Source: Lentisphaeria bacterium (GTDB lineage Bacteria > Verrucomicrobiota > Lentisphaeria > JABSQK01). From it: DNA of 59,503 bases. Shown here piece after piece: positions 32,377 to 42,917 of this stretch. Under the pieces are notes generated by a model. It was not told where the DNA came from. It did not search any database and was given only the letters and a program-made list of their open reading frames with translations. The position numbers and the translations under genes were made by a program. Each line of letters opens with the position of its first letter. Positions within the stretch are counted from its first letter, which is position 1. The stretch spans positions 1 through 59,503 of the forward strand of contig JABSQK010000002.1 of the NCBI GenBank assembly GCA_013215875.1. The letters run 5' to 3'.

Positions 32377-34395
32377 TCAAGAAAGATTTATAGTCTTTTT
32401 TCCATCTGATGTAGTTAGTTCTAGTTTTGCTGGTTTAATTTTTTCATTCGCAGACGAATATGAAATTTTGAGTCGCATGTACTTTCCTTCATGTAGGATG
32501 ATCTTCTTAAGTACGGGTATGGAAAAATCGTTTTGGCCTTCACCACTTAATTCGATGGATTTTATTGTGGATTTACCCGCTGTTGTGCGACCAACGTATA
32601 AATATTCATTCCGTTTAAAAATGGCATCTTTTTTATCAAAGACTCTTTTTCCAAATTTTATATTTTTATCGCTAATCCATAAATCCAGTTTTTGCCATTT
32701 CCTTCTTTTATCAATCTCGGCATAATCGCCTTTGCCTTCATAAAGGTTGTACTTGGGGTCGCTGTAAAATTTTTCAGTCCCGTCCATCCGTAACATCCAT
32801 TCAAGTAACAGGCACTTTAGATGTTCGGCCTTAGCTATGATTTCTTCATTTGCACTCAAGCCATTATTTCCAACTAAATTTTTCATCTCAAAAGGGTCTG
32901 ATTCTATATCATACATCATATCAAGTTTGTTCGAATTTGCGTGTTTGGTTAACATCAGCTTGTAATTGCCTTTTCGAATCATGAAATTGGTTTCTGATCC
33001 CAATTTCCGAGTTAATTTTTTCTTGGGGTTTTTGGGTGGTTCGCGGAAATCCCATTCTGTTATCACCGCATCATCATCATAATTTTCATTCCAGTTAAGG
33101 CCTTCAATATGCCTTCTCAGGCTTTTACTGTCACTTCTATTTAAACTTGATGCGCCCAGATAATCCAGAATAGTTGCAAAGATATCCATGGTTGTCACAG
33201 AGGAATTTATTTTAAGTCCTGCTGGTATTACATCCTGGTATTTTACTATCAGAGGTACATGCGCTGATTCTTCCAAAAATCTATTTTTTCCCCGGAGTCC
33301 ATGTGCCCCTAACATTTCACCATGATCAGATGTAAAAATAATTAAGGTATTTTTTGTAAGATCTTTCTCATCAAGTTTATTCAAAATTAAACCAATGTGG
33401 TGATCTACTTCTTCACACAGAGCATAGTAAGGAACCATCCATTCCTTTACAGCACTAGAATCGCTATATTCAGCAGGTAGAGGACGTTTCTCTTTGTAAG
33501 ATGAATTTTCCAACGTGTCTTTAAAACTTGGCCCGATGAACATTTCGTGTCTACGTTCCCAGTAATAGTCAAAATACTTTCCTGTCGCAATCATCGGGGC
33601 ATGGGGACTATGAAAGGACGTTGTGAGAACAAATGGTTTGTTTCCCTGTGACAAACGTTCTATCGCTTCGACTGTTGAAGTGCCTTGGAAAAAGGAAGGT
33701 GTTTTATCTTCAGGAAGTGAATCCCTTCCCTGAGAATCTGCTTCTGAAATTCTCCTATCTTCTTGTGTATTCATTAAGGCTGTGGGTGCAGGTTCATTAA
33801 ATCGTTGGTCAATCTGAATAGGTGTATAAGGGTAACCGGAGAATTTGTTGATTCGTTGGTCTTCTTTAAGGGTGTTTGCTATCTCACCTTCAAATTGGGA
33901 CAAATACTCCCGGTATGCTCCATCATTTTTTGAGAAGAGAGGTTCATCGGTTTTCATATCGTAATAGTTGTAACTAATTACCCTTTTAGAGCCATCTTTC
34001 GTCATATAAAAGCGTTTAGGCATGTGCCACTTGCCAAAATGTTCACTGACATAGCCAAAATTTTCTACAAGAATCTGCTCAAAGGTACTCACGTTTTTAA
34101 TTTTATTTTCAAACATGGGTATCATTTTATAAACATCTTCTTGTATCAAACTGTTTGACTGCATTCCGTGTCGTTCTATCGTACAACCTGTACGGATAGA
34201 TACACGTGTTGGGGCGCATACTGCACATTGGGTATAGGCATTTTCAAACCTGGCACCTTCAAGCATGAGACGGTCCAAGTTGGGTGTACGTATTTTGGTT
34301 TTTCCCTTGTACTGTGGTAATTCGTTTTGAATCGCACCTATGGCATCAAAGCGTTGTTGGTCAGTAATGATAAAGAGTAAGTTAGGCTTGGTCAT
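32377..34395 (-). CDS. Cys-type (formylglycine) sulfatase with C-terminal extension
   Basis: KPNLLFIITDQQR, TPNLDRL, CAPTR (CxPxR), GKWH, PHAP, FTSDHGEMLG. Confidence 0.92.
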   Translation of the reverse strand: MTKPNLLFIITDQQRFDAIGAIQNELPQYKGKTKIRTPNLDRLMLEGARFENAYTQCAVCAPTRVSIRTGCTIERHGMQSNSLIQEDVYKMIPMFENKIKNVSTFEQILVENFGYVSEHFGKWHMPKRFYMTKDGSKRVISYNYYDMKTDEPLFSKNDGAYREYLSQFEGEIANTLKEDQRINKFSGYPYTPIQIDQRFNEPAPTALMNTQEDRRISEADSQGRDSLPEDKTPSFFQGTSTVEAIERLSQGNKPFVLTTSFHSPHAPMIATGKYFDYYWERRHEMFIGPSFKDTLENSSYKEKRPLPAEYSDSSAVKEWMVPYYALCEEVDHHIGLILNKLDEKDLTKNTLIIFTSDHGEMLGAHGLRGKNRFLEESAHVPLIVKYQDVIPAGLKINSSVTTMDIFATILDYLGASSLNRSDSKSLRRHIEGLNWNENYDDDAVITEWDFREPPKNPKKKLTRKLGSETNFMIRKGNYKLMLTKHANSNKLDMMYDIESDPFEMKNLVGNNGLSANEEIIAKAEHLKCLLLEWMLRMDGTEKFYSDPKYNLYEGKGDYAEIDKRRKWQKLDLWISDKNIKFGKRVFDKKDAIFKRNEYLYVGRTTAGKSTIKSIELSGEGQNDFSIPVLKKIILHEGKYMRLKISYSSANEKIKPAKLELTTSDGKKTINLS

Positions 34396-34835
34396 TAGCA
34401 GGCTAAAATTGCTCGAAACAAATTTTGAGGGTTAGATCTTCCTATTCCCATGAAAGCGCAGTATTTATTTGTATAATTCATTTAATTCCATCAGGGTATT
34501 ATATCTTGAGATACTATTTATTCAGCTTGAAATTAGTAAAATTATCACACTATAGCGCGAATGCAAAGCGTCTCCTATTAAACTAAAGGTTTGTATTCGC
34601 TACACAATTTCGATGTCGATTTTGACCAGAAAAAACCATGCCCATATCTCGTGATTTTGATTTGATTGATGCTCGTTATATGTTTATCTAACTGAGTTAA
34701 AAGCCTCGGCAGCTCCTGATTTTTGTATCTATCAATTATTAAACTTTTCGTTTTTAAGTTGTCAATTTCTCAGTGAGTGATTTATTAGAGTTACTTATTA
34801 TAAATGTAGTTTCAACATTCAAAGGTATTAATTAA

Positions 34836-35744
34836 ATGCGTTCTTTTCGTAAACGATCAAATGGTGAAAATTCAACCGCACAAGTGACCTTTGATGAGCT
34901 GCAAAAGAATGGTGTACTCCAAGAGCAAATTACAAGTGCAGATATAATGCATGTTTACGATACATTGAAAAAAGTTCCAGGCGCAGCAGACTTCGCATCT
35001 ATCAGTGGAATATTACCGAGCCTTTGTGAGAGTACTATAGATGACACATGTCCTTTATGGGGTATTATAGTTGAAACAAGAAAACATTCTTCACTCGACC
35101 ATGTTGTAAATAATTTTATTAGTAATACTAAAATTCCTATTCAGATATATCATGAAAAAAACAACCTTGACTTTATACTGTCAACACCGATTGGCAAACT
35201 TGTAGATGATGGATCCGTCCATCTTACTGAGCTCAATAGTGATGCACTTTCCAGGAGCCAATACAATGCGTTATTCTTATCAAAAAAGTTTTGGGAAAGC
35301 GTTATTGGCCGAAAGAAAATATTAGTATTTCAAACAGATGCTATTTCTTGTGAGCAATCTGACTACACAGTCAACGATTTTATGTCATATGATTGCATTG
35401 GCTCAAAATGGCGCCGCCATCGTTCGTCAGACATAATAATTGATGGAGGTAATGGTGGACTCTGCTTGAGAGATTGGGAAAAAACATACGACTGTCTTAG
35501 GAGCTTTCCCTCGGAACATTGGACTGGTGGAGAAGATAGTTACTTTGGATTTCATATAGAATTGATTGGAGGAAAAGTGGGAAAAGATACTGACTGCGCA
35601 AAATTTAGCACTCAGCATGAGTTTTTATACAAAAGTTGGGGCGCACATAAGATTAGTTGTTTAGACGAAAAAACGCAATCGGGTTTCTTCAATTATTGTG
35701 ATGATGCAAGGTTTATGTTAAAAAATGTTGATAATGTAGTTTAA
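34836..35744 (+). CDS. DUF5672-like protein (putative glycosyltransferase-related)
   Basis: FWESV...KILVFQTDA...YDCIGSKW...GGNGGLCLR...EDSYF motif series. Confidence 0.65.
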   Translation: MRSFRKRSNGENSTAQVTFDELQKNGVLQEQITSADIMHVYDTLKKVPGAADFASISGILPSLCESTIDDTCPLWGIIVETRKHSSLDHVVNNFISNTKIPIQIYHEKNNLDFILSTPIGKLVDDGSVHLTELNSDALSRSQYNALFLSKKFWESVIGRKKILVFQTDAISCEQSDYTVNDFMSYDCIGSKWRRHRSSDIIIDGGNGGLCLRDWEKTYDCLRSFPSEHWTGGEDSYFGFHIELIGGKVGKDTDCAKFSTQHEFLYKSWGAHKISCLDEKTQSGFFNYCDDARFMLKNVDNVV

Positions 35745-35762
35745 CTAATGTCTCGTGTATTT

Positions 35763-36716
35763 TTAGAGTGGGTATCCATATTTCTCCAATGGTAGATCGA
35801 GATTATCTACCAACCAGCGATGACCGACTCGAGTTGCATCGGATACTTTCTTTTTCAGTTCTTCAGGCAATACTGCTTTCGCAGGTGGACTATTTGCGTT
35901 TTCTTTTAGAGCCTTTATTCGACTCCTGTTATCACTAAATGAGTTATGAGTTCGCTTCAAAAATGATGAATTAATTTCGCGCATGTGAGCAACTTGGGCT
36001 TCCGTTAATCGTGAATGAAAATGTTCGTTCTTAGCAAGTGAGACACCAATTTCAGAATCAATGCCAACGAATTCACAAATTGATTGGTAATATGCGTTTG
36101 AATCTTGGTGCAATTCCTCAAATAGAAAGACGCCAACATTTTCTCGGCCAAGCTGCTCAACAGAGCTTTGAATGCAGGCACTATAATCCATCAAGGGATC
36201 TCTCCTTCTCCTCATCCTGCCTCTGTACCATGTCTCAATATCTGCATAGCTTTTAGAGCCCATCCAGTGATGATTCTGCGAGATAAAATTTTCTCGCAGG
36301 TTTTGCAGATATTGAGAGGGTAGCCGAGTTATGGGGTTTCGTAAAGTGATCATGAGGCGGCATTGCCCAAAGATCGTTTTGATTCTACTAAGCATTTCCT
36401 TATGGACATCATTGGTTCTGTTGCCGAGGCCTTCGAAGGATGCCACAAGAATTTGCTCCTCAGAAACCATTGGCAATAGCTTTTCTTGATAGAGTGACAA
36501 TACCGCTTTTGTATCCAAAGGCTTCTTCAGTTTCCATAGGATTGGGTTAAGAATACTGTAGCTGAGATCGCTGCTACAGAGTTTTATGTCCATTGGACCG
36601 CCAGAGGACTTTCCCAAATAGTAAACTTGAGGATGTTTATCAAAAAGCGATAATTGAAGTGTTGTTGTGCCTGTTTTAGTCAAGCCAATATGCAGTAGCA
36701 GAGTTGGCTTGTTCAA
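35763..36716 (-). CDS. Sulfotransferase-family protein (left block, TTG start)
   Basis: 5'-PSB-like loop LHIGLTKTGTTTLQ, 3'-PB-like TLRNP...SQY, VFLFEEL, C-terminal LPLEKYGYPL. Confidence 0.85.
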   Translation of the reverse strand: MNKPTLLLHIGLTKTGTTTLQLSLFDKHPQVYYLGKSSGGPMDIKLCSSDLSYSILNPILWKLKKPLDTKAVLSLYQEKLLPMVSEEQILVASFEGLGNRTNDVHKEMLSRIKTIFGQCRLMITLRNPITRLPSQYLQNLRENFISQNHHWMGSKSYADIETWYRGRMRRRRDPLMDYSACIQSSVEQLGRENVGVFLFEELHQDSNAYYQSICEFVGIDSEIGVSLAKNEHFHSRLTEAQVAHMREINSSFLKRTHNSFSDNRSRIKALKENANSPPAKAVLPEELKKKVSDATRVGHRWLVDNLDLPLEKYGYPL

Positions 36717-36776
36717 TGCTTACCTGCACAAATAATCGTCACTCTAATATGCTTCAACTCATTTCTAAACGTATTT

Positions 36777-37721
36777 TTATAGTGGGTATCCATATTTCTC
36801 CAATGGTAGATTTAAGTTTTCAACTAGCCAGCGATGACCGACTCGAGTAGCATCAGAGACCTCACGAATGAGCTGATCATTTAATACTGCTTTTGCAGGC
36901 GGACCATCTGCCTTTGCATTGAATGCTTCTTCTCGGCTTTTTGAAGAATGAAAAAACTTTGTCCACGACGAATCGATTTCACGCATGTAAGCAAGCTGTG
37001 CTTCACTCAAACGTGTATTAAAATGCTTGCCTTGAGCCAGTGATACACCCATTTCAGAATCAATGCCCATGAACTCACAAATTGATTGGTAATATGTTGT
37101 TGGCTTGTCTTTTAGATCCTCGAAAAGGAAAACGCCTACATTCTCTCGACCCAGTTTTTCAATCGAGCTGCGGATACAATCGCAGCAATTCATCAGAGTA
37201 GACGAATCCAGTTTAGCCACTCCCGTGCTGTACCATGTTTCAATATCGACATAACTACGAGAACTGAGCCGCACTTTATTCTGCCGAATAAAATATCCAC
37301 CCAAATATTGCAAGTAGAGTGAAGGCAGTAGAGACAATGGATTTCGCAGGGTGATCATGATTCGACAGCCACCAAAGATCGCTTTGATCCTATCCAGCAT
37401 TTCTACATGCAGCTCCATATCCCGGGTGCCCAGGCCTTCCCAGGAACCGACAAGAACCCGCTCCTCAGAAATCGTTGGCAGTAACTTGTCTTGAAAGAGT
37501 GATAAAGTTGCTTCGGTATCCATTGGCGATTTCAATGCCCATAGAACCGGGTCTAGAATACTGTAGGTAAGGTCATCGATACAACCTTTCTTTGTGTCAT
37601 TATCCGTGACGATCTTTCCCAAATAGTGAACTTGAGGATGATTGAGAAAAAGTGTTCGTTGTAGCGTTGCTGTCCCTGTTTTTGGCAAACCAATGTGTAA
37701 TAGTAACGTTGTATTGCTCAT
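36777..37721 (-). CDS. Sulfotransferase-family protein (left block)
   Basis: LHIGLPKTGTATLQ, TLRNP, LPLEKYGYPL. Confidence 0.85.
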   Translation of the reverse strand: MSNTTLLLHIGLPKTGTATLQRTLFLNHPQVHYLGKIVTDNDTKKGCIDDLTYSILDPVLWALKSPMDTEATLSLFQDKLLPTISEERVLVGSWEGLGTRDMELHVEMLDRIKAIFGGCRIMITLRNPLSLLPSLYLQYLGGYFIRQNKVRLSSRSYVDIETWYSTGVAKLDSSTLMNCCDCIRSSIEKLGRENVGVFLFEDLKDKPTTYYQSICEFMGIDSEMGVSLAQGKHFNTRLSEAQLAYMREIDSSWTKFFHSSKSREEAFNAKADGPPAKAVLNDQLIREVSDATRVGHRWLVENLNLPLEKYGYPL

Positions 37722-37995
37722 AGAGAATCTCCAGAAATTGAATTGCTTTTCAATCCAACAAATTCTTTTCTCAGTGGGTTTGAAAATCGTTTCTTTCCAT
37801 TCATCTGAATTCTGCCATCATCAACTCTTTCTTGCACTGTTTTTATTCCTACATTTAGCATTAATACCTATTGTATCGCTCTTTTTTGATAAAATTTATG
37901 GCTGCTTTCTATCACAGCTTAATTATATAAAGGACTTCGCATTCTCCAAGCTGAGTTTCTCAATATAATAGAAAGTTCTCGATTGAACAGAAAAG
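37722..37995 (-). pseudogene. Decayed remnant of the 3' half of the lead sulfotransferase (49153-50157)
   Basis: Collinear patches: caatccaacaaattcttttctc...ttccattcatctga (about 37750-37808) vs caatccaatgatttcctttctc...ttccattcatctga (about 49209-49266); attctccaagc..ctcaat (37941) vs 49555; attgaaca (37982) vs 49652. Confidence 0.6.
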
Positions 37996-38132
37996 TGTGT
38001 ATTTAATGAAAATCAAACTACTACATTTGAACATTAAATAAAACGACTCTCTATAAATATAATGAATCATTCATAACTACGCGGATTGCAGTAATTAAGT
38101 AAAAACTCTCTTCCAGCGATATTCCTGGCGTG

Positions 38133-38243
38133 TTTTATTTGCATTGTAACTTTCATTCTAAAGATACGGGCGTAATACTATTTCATTATGATTATAAAAA
38201 TATTTTCAAAGGCTCCATATTCGAGTTGGCATTTTTATGCTCC
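38133..38243 (+). repeat. Direct repeat of the RNase Z upstream region and first 19 codons (partner 59153-59263)
   Basis: Ungapped manual alignment, 98/111 identical, offset 21,020 bp. Confidence 0.9.
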
Positions 38244-38313
38244 TGGGCTTACGCATACTGCTGACGAGCTGCTTTTTCAGGGTCTAGTCTTCAAAACGGA
38301 TTTCCTAATCTGA
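38188..38313 (+). CDS. 41-aa leader ORF derived from the RNase Z 5' end; its stop overlaps the start of the next gene
   Basis: MIIKIFSKAPYSSWHFYAPGLTHTADELLFQGLVFKTDFLI*, with a TGATG overlap at 38311-38315. Confidence 0.45.
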   Translation: MIIKIFSKAPYSSWHFYAPGLTHTADELLFQGLVFKTDFLI

Positions 38314-39314
38314 TGATAAAACAACCGTTCGATGTCGTCATCGTTTCTGATTTTTCTGGTCCGGCTTCACGCCGATTCGAAATAATGACACTTTTTTTTC
38401 TTGCCTCGTGGCTTGAGTTCGGCGGTGATTCCCGTGATTTACCACTGCATATTGCCTGTATTGGAGACCCACCGGAGAGTGTGCGCACGCTTGGAGAGCG
38501 CTGCTCTGCACGGTTCTCAACGCATACTCCCTTGCTCTTCGGAGGATTTGCAAACAAGCTGCGAGGGTTTGAGATTCAAAGGGAAACTGATCATATCCTT
38601 TTACTGGATTCGGATATGTTGATTCTGTCAGATATAAGCGGGCTTTCAACTGCTGTCGGAAGTGATTGTATCGCTGCTGCGACTGCCAACGGACTCGGGC
38701 TGAACTCAACAGCGCGCTGGAGAGACATACACGAGTCTTTGGGGCTCGCATACCCGGATGGTCATACAATTCCTTTGAGCCTCCAGCTGGATACATATGA
38801 ATGCGCCAATTACAGGGACTGCAAACTGAATGAATTAGCACCTTATTACAATGGAGGGATCATCTATGCGCCTTGGGAAAGCAGCTTAGGCGATGTTTGG
38901 CGAGACCATCTGATTCGAATTTCTGAGATCGACCCTAAGAGATCCAGCAATCAGCCATCACTCGCGACTGCAATACACGAACTGCAATTGAAGGGTATTA
39001 AGTTCCGTTTGCTTCCCGATGAATATCATGTGAGATGGCAACACATATCGACAGGAGCTGTCAGATCGCGAGATATAAAGTTACTTCATACAATCGGCTT
39101 TGGTGGCAGGGAATCGTCAGGCGATACTGCAAAACAAGATATTAAGAAGTATCGCCTCCATACATTGAAGCAAACATTTAAACTTAGGTCCCATCGCAGT
39201 CTTCGTGAACGTCTAGCCCACTACCTGGGAATGCATATTGAGGTTCGGGAGTGGTTTTGTATTTACGATACGCTGCAACTGTTGTATACAAGCTATGTTC
39301 GCGAGCTGGAATAA
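38313..39314 (+). CDS. GT-A fold glycosyltransferase (GT8-like), paralog 1
   Basis: ANKL...ILLLDSDML (DxD), YYNGG, SNQP, EYH. Close paralog of 40900-41889. Confidence 0.7.
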   Translation: MIKQPFDVVIVSDFSGPASRRFEIMTLFFLASWLEFGGDSRDLPLHIACIGDPPESVRTLGERCSARFSTHTPLLFGGFANKLRGFEIQRETDHILLLDSDMLILSDISGLSTAVGSDCIAAATANGLGLNSTARWRDIHESLGLAYPDGHTIPLSLQLDTYECANYRDCKLNELAPYYNGGIIYAPWESSLGDVWRDHLIRISEIDPKRSSNQPSLATAIHELQLKGIKFRLLPDEYHVRWQHISTGAVRSRDIKLLHTIGFGGRESSGDTAKQDIKKYRLHTLKQTFKLRSHRSLRERLAHYLGMHIEVREWFCIYDTLQLLYTSYVRELE

Positions 39315-39590
39315 CAGGGAATTTTTACGTTGATAAATAAATCCAAGTTTATGATTTTACCATTGGTATTTCTTGGTGGGGATTTATTCCAAATTTGCTT
39401 TGAAAATAAACGAGATGGTGTATGAAATCAATTATGGGTAAACCTTCAAGCAGACGCTTGCTAAAGGGCCTTAAAGAACTGATAATATGAGAGGGAAATT
39501 TCATGAATAAATTAGAGATCAGAAACATTTCCAAGGTAAAATCAGCCGTTTCTAAACGAGAATAGTCTCCATAATTAAAAGGGATATTCA

Positions 39591-40553
39591 ATGTCCATTA
39601 CCATCGTAACTATTGCACGAAACGAGCAACGGTATCTTGAAGAGTTTTTCATTTATTATAAGGAAATATTTGGCTGTGAACAGATTCTATTTTATGATGA
39701 CTCAGATGATGATGTGCAGAAAAATATTTGTTATCATTATCGCGATTATGTGACGCATATACCCTGGCTGGGTAAGGGCCAAAATGAATCTCATAATCAC
39801 GCACTCGAGATTTGTGAAACAGAATTTATCGGCTATTTTGATTTGGATGAATTTTTGGTATTAAAAAAACATGCCTGCATTGATAAATACCTTGAAGAAG
39901 TATTTATTAAAAACAGGGCAATCGTTTTTTTCAATTGGCGGATTTTTACTTCAATGGGTTATATTTATGAACCAGATGAATTGGTAACAACCGCTTACAC
40001 ACAATGTTTACCCCAAAGTGATCCCAGGTTCTATATTTCTGAAACAAATCCAAAATGGCGACCCAATTTTACGAAAAAATATATTGTAAAGGTCTCACGC
40101 TGTGAATGGGCTGGCACTCATAAAGCAACTGTAAACGGTGACGTTTTTGAGGCAAATGAAGGAATTAATTATGATGTGGTCCAATTAAATCATTATCATA
40201 GTAAGAGCCTTAAGTCTGTTATATATAAAGATTTACTTGGTATTGATTATACAAACAAGAACAGGCAACTAATCGTTGGAAATGGCCGGCGCGATACGCC
40301 TTTTTGGCGATTACTAACTTTAAAAGTCCTAAATAATGCAGAGCAAGTTAGAGATGATTTATTACTTAAATACCATGACCAAATTAACACTGCTAAACGA
40401 ATTCATTATACGGAGAAAATTGAGTTTATGGAGGATGTTGAAAGACCAGATTTTTCACAATATAATTTAACTGATGAAGAGCAGGAAATTTGTTACCGAT
40501 GTCTATGCCAAAAGCTCGTTGCGATCCCAGATCCTGAAAGTGAGCAAGATTAA
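39591..40553 (+). CDS. Glycosyltransferase, GT2/GT92-like
   Basis: TIARNEQRYLEEF, FYDDSDD, GYFDLDEFL, FNWRIF, QLNHYHSKS. Confidence 0.75.
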   Translation: MSITIVTIARNEQRYLEEFFIYYKEIFGCEQILFYDDSDDDVQKNICYHYRDYVTHIPWLGKGQNESHNHALEICETEFIGYFDLDEFLVLKKHACIDKYLEEVFIKNRAIVFFNWRIFTSMGYIYEPDELVTTAYTQCLPQSDPRFYISETNPKWRPNFTKKYIVKVSRCEWAGTHKATVNGDVFEANEGINYDVVQLNHYHSKSLKSVIYKDLLGIDYTNKNRQLIVGNGRRDTPFWRLLTLKVLNNAEQVRDDLLLKYHDQINTAKRIHYTEKIEFMEDVERPDFSQYNLTDEEQEICYRCLCQKLVAIPDPESEQD

Positions 40554-40899
40554 TCATAAAAGTCTGAATACGGCGGATCTTTAACGCTTCGATATTCATG
40601 TATAGTCCTTGCGCAGCAGGTAAAAAGAGCTTATTGTCTGCGCTTCACGTACCAGAGTCCAGGGATTAAGATATGTGTTTAATTTAAAGTCCATTCTCCA
40701 CAGTGACCTGTGGGTTCATGGGCACCAGCTCAGGTACCAAATTGAAATTCCACCCTAGTCTAGTGTGGAATAAGCATTGGATAATAATGTCTGCCAACCT
40801 TCGTATTTATGCAACAAAGGTGTTGAGGCTCACTGCTAGCAATAAAGCAGCGGGGCCGTATCCTCATGGCAAAATCTTAACACTGGTTTTCCCAATCTG

Positions 40900-41889
40900 A
40901 TGCAAACATTCGATGTCGTCGTAGTTTCTGATTTTTCTGGTCCGGCTGCACGCCGCTTCGAAATAATGACACTTTTTTTTCTTGCCTCGTGGCTCGAATT
41001 CGGCGGTAATACCCGTGAATTACCACTACATATTGTCTGTATTGGCGAGCCACCGGAGAGTGTGCTTACTCTTGGCGAACGCTGCGGTGCAAGATTCTCA
41101 ACGCATACTCCCCTGCTCTTTGGTGGATTTGCAAATAAGCTGAGAGGTTTCGAGGTTTCGAGGGAGACGGATCACATCCTCTTGCTCGATTCGGATATGC
41201 TAATCTTGTCAGATATCAGCGAGCTGCCAACTGCCCTTGGCAGCGATTGTATGGCGGCGGCAGCTGCCAACAGTCGGGGGCGGCAAATGCATTGGAGAGA
41301 AATCCACAAGTCCTTAGGGCTGACCTACCCGAAAGACAATCTAATTCCATTGAATCTCGAGCTGGATACATTTAAGTGCGCCAAGTATAGGGATTGCAAC
41401 CGAAATGAATTAGCACCTTATTACAATGGCGGGATCGTCTATGCACCTTGGGAAAGCAGACTGGGGGATGTATGGCGCGAGCATCTGATGCGGATTTCTG
41501 AGATCGACCCTGACTGTGTCAGTAACCAACCTTCACTGGCAACTGCAATTCATGAATTGCAGTTGGCGGGTGTTCAGTTTCGATTGCTCCCTGATGAATA
41601 TCATGGCAGATGGCAACACATATCGACAGGAACTGTTCCCTCGAGAGATATAAAACTTTTTCATACGATCCGCTTTGGTCGCAGACGTTCGCCAAGTGAT
41701 ACTGCTGAACAGGATATTAAGAATTATCGCATTTATACATTGAAGGAATTATGTAAGCTTAGGGCCCATCGCAGTCTTGCTGGACGTATGGCTCACTATA
41801 TGACAATGCATGTTGAAATTCGGGATTGGTTTCGTATTTTCAAATTAATGCAACTGCTGAATGATAAGTATGTTCACGAGCTGGAATAA
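40900..41889 (+). CDS. GT-A fold glycosyltransferase (GT8-like), paralog 2
   Basis: Same motifs as 38313-39314, with long identical stretches (RRFEIMTLFFLASWLEFGG, DHILLLDSDMLILSDIS). Confidence 0.7.
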   Translation: MQTFDVVVVSDFSGPAARRFEIMTLFFLASWLEFGGNTRELPLHIVCIGEPPESVLTLGERCGARFSTHTPLLFGGFANKLRGFEVSRETDHILLLDSDMLILSDISELPTALGSDCMAAAAANSRGRQMHWREIHKSLGLTYPKDNLIPLNLELDTFKCAKYRDCNRNELAPYYNGGIVYAPWESRLGDVWREHLMRISEIDPDCVSNQPSLATAIHELQLAGVQFRLLPDEYHGRWQHISTGTVPSRDIKLFHTIRFGRRRSPSDTAEQDIKNYRIYTLKELCKLRAHRSLAGRMAHYMTMHVEIRDWFRIFKLMQLLNDKYVHELE

Positions 41890-41963
41890 ATAAGATCGTA
41901 TCGAAGTCAGGCTTTACTGTATAAGCAATTGCTTGCAAAATTAAAAATATGGCCGCTCACAAA

Positions 41964-42917
41964 TCACAGTGGATAGCCATATTTCTCCAATGGTAACTTA
42001 AGATTATCTACTAACCAGCGATGACAGTCACGAGTTTCATCTGATACCTCATCTACAAGATTATTAGGCAAAACTATTTTTGCATTGGAACTGCTAAGCT
42101 GCGCTTCCAAAGCCATTTCCCGGCGCTTAAGTGAGTACAATGAGTGTAACTTTCGCTTTAAATAGGTCGATTGCGTTTTGCGAATGTAGGCAAGTTGTGC
42201 TTCACTTAAGCGTGGATTAAAATGCTTATCCTGAGTCAGCGATACACCAATGTTAGCATCAATACCCATGAACTGGCAAATTGATTGGTAATATGCGCTT
42301 GGGTTCTCTTGAAGATCCTCAAATAGGAAAATACCAACATTCTCTCGCCCAAGCTGCTTAATTGAACTTTGGATCCAATCGGTGTAACCCAACATAGGAT
42401 CTTTAACTCTCGCTGTTCTTATCTTGTACCATAGCTCAATATCTTCATAGCATTCGTGGTCCATCCAGTCTTGATTCTCCCAGAGAAAATGTTCGAATAA
42501 GTTTTGCATGTACAAGGAAGGCAGCCGGGATAAGGGATTTCGCAGGGTGACCAAGAGTCTACAGCTACCAAAGATTGCCTTACTCCTATTCAGTATTTCT
42601 CTATGATGCTCAATTGATCTGTTACCCAGGTTTTCCCAGGACCCAACTAGAACTTGATCCTCAGGAATCTTTGGCATTAACTTATCTTGAAAGAGTGATA
42701 ATGTAGCATCCATATCCATTGGCTCATCCAGATCCCACAAAACCGGGTTAAGAATTCTGTAAGTCAGATCATCCTGACATTTTCGAATGCTCATTCCCTT
42801 GTTTGCGAATTTTCCCAAATAGTAAATTTGTGGATGCTTGCGAAATAGTGCCTTTTGCAGCGTTGATGAGCCTGTTTTAGACAAACCAAGGTGCAGTAAT
42901 AAAGCTTTATTGTTCAT
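41964..42917 (-). CDS. Sulfotransferase-family protein (main array)
   Basis: LHLGLSKTGSSTLQ, TLRNP, LPLEKYGYPL. Confidence 0.85.
   Translation of the reverse strand: MNNKALLLHLGLSKTGSSTLQKALFRKHPQIYYLGKFANKGMSIRKCQDDLTYRILNPVLWDLDEPMDMDATLSLFQDKLMPKIPEDQVLVGSWENLGNRSIEHHREILNRSKAIFGSCRLLVTLRNPLSRLPSLYMQNLFEHFLWENQDWMDHECYEDIELWYKIRTARVKDPMLGYTDWIQSSIKQLGRENVGIFLFEDLQENPSAYYQSICQFMGIDANIGVSLTQDKHFNPRLSEAQLAYIRKTQSTYLKRKLHSLYSLKRREMALEAQLSSSNAKIVLPNNLVDEVSDETRDCHRWLVDNLKLPLEKYGYPL

Noticed and set aside
39349-39591. 80-aa minus-strand ORF, and similar short ORFs at 37642-37968 and 58914-59126
   Set aside because: No motifs; AT-rich intergenic or relic sequence; no support for coding.
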